Origin: Octopus sinensis
Taxonomy: Eukaryota
Length of the DNA: 7,386 nt
Direction: 5' to 3'
Assembly: GCF_006345805.1 (NCBI RefSeq)
Contig: NW_021828881.1
Location: 1 to 7,386, forward strand
The notes below the pieces were generated by a model that had not been told where the DNA came from, did not search any database, and was given only the letters and a program-made list of their open reading frames with translations. This document shows, in pieces, positions 7,265-7,386 of the stretch. Each line of letters opens with the position of its first letter. The first letter of the stretch is position 1. Made by a program: the position numbers and the translations under genes.

Positions 7265-7386
7265 TTGATTCAAAATGTGACCGCGTGTGTACCGTTGGCG
7301 ATTTTTTTCCTCCGTCTTCCCTTCTCTGGATCTTTCCTTTTCCTATGTTTCTGACGAAGAGCTCCGCTCGAACGTTAAACCCTCCT
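7265..7386 (+). mobile_element. Possible Penelope-like element or retrozyme terminal-repeat fragment, cut by the window edge
   Basis: A pyrimidine-rich stretch carries a minimal hammerhead motif. Such motifs are characteristic of Penelope-like element terminal repeats. No RT or GIY-YIG coding sequence is visible here. Confidence 0.4.
7347..7380 (+). ncRNA. Degenerate minimal type I hammerhead ribozyme motif
   Basis: Stem I GTTT(7347-50)/AAAC(7377-80); core CTGACGA (7351-57) plus an extra A; stem II GAGC-TCC-GCTC (7359-69); GAA (7370-72, one A short of GAAA); CGT and cleavage-site T (7373-76). Confidence 0.6.

Overview
Eukaryotic, repeat-dominated, apparently non-coding DNA (intronic or intergenic). 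I see no intact host protein-coding gene, rRNA, true tRNA or CRISPR. Nearly all ORFs in the track are microsatellite artefacts (MYVC/HTYI, poly-L/I, CV repeats). The SINE sequences and very high microsatellite density look like an octopus (coleoid cephalopod) genome; this is inferred from remembered repeat families, not from a search. Supported content: four tRNA-headed SINEs of different types (1-370 +, 3552-3872 +, about 5484-5692 -, 7069-7234 +) and two decayed RTE-like non-LTR retrotransposon ORF2 pieces on +. These are a C-terminal piece with three C2H2 fingers, stop codon and 3' hairpin (4034-4680), and an RT core (about 6270-7067). There are many simple repeats, and at the right edge a degenerate minimal hammerhead ribozyme of the Penelope-like-element type (7347-7380). 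The least explained segment is a GC-richer island at about 5780-6080. On the minus strand it has a palindromic E-box, a TATA variant and an Inr at canonical spacing, followed by several hairpins. I cannot claim a new biological system; the best leads are the hammerhead, the promoter/structured island, the triple-finger LINE and the out-of-order LINE halves.
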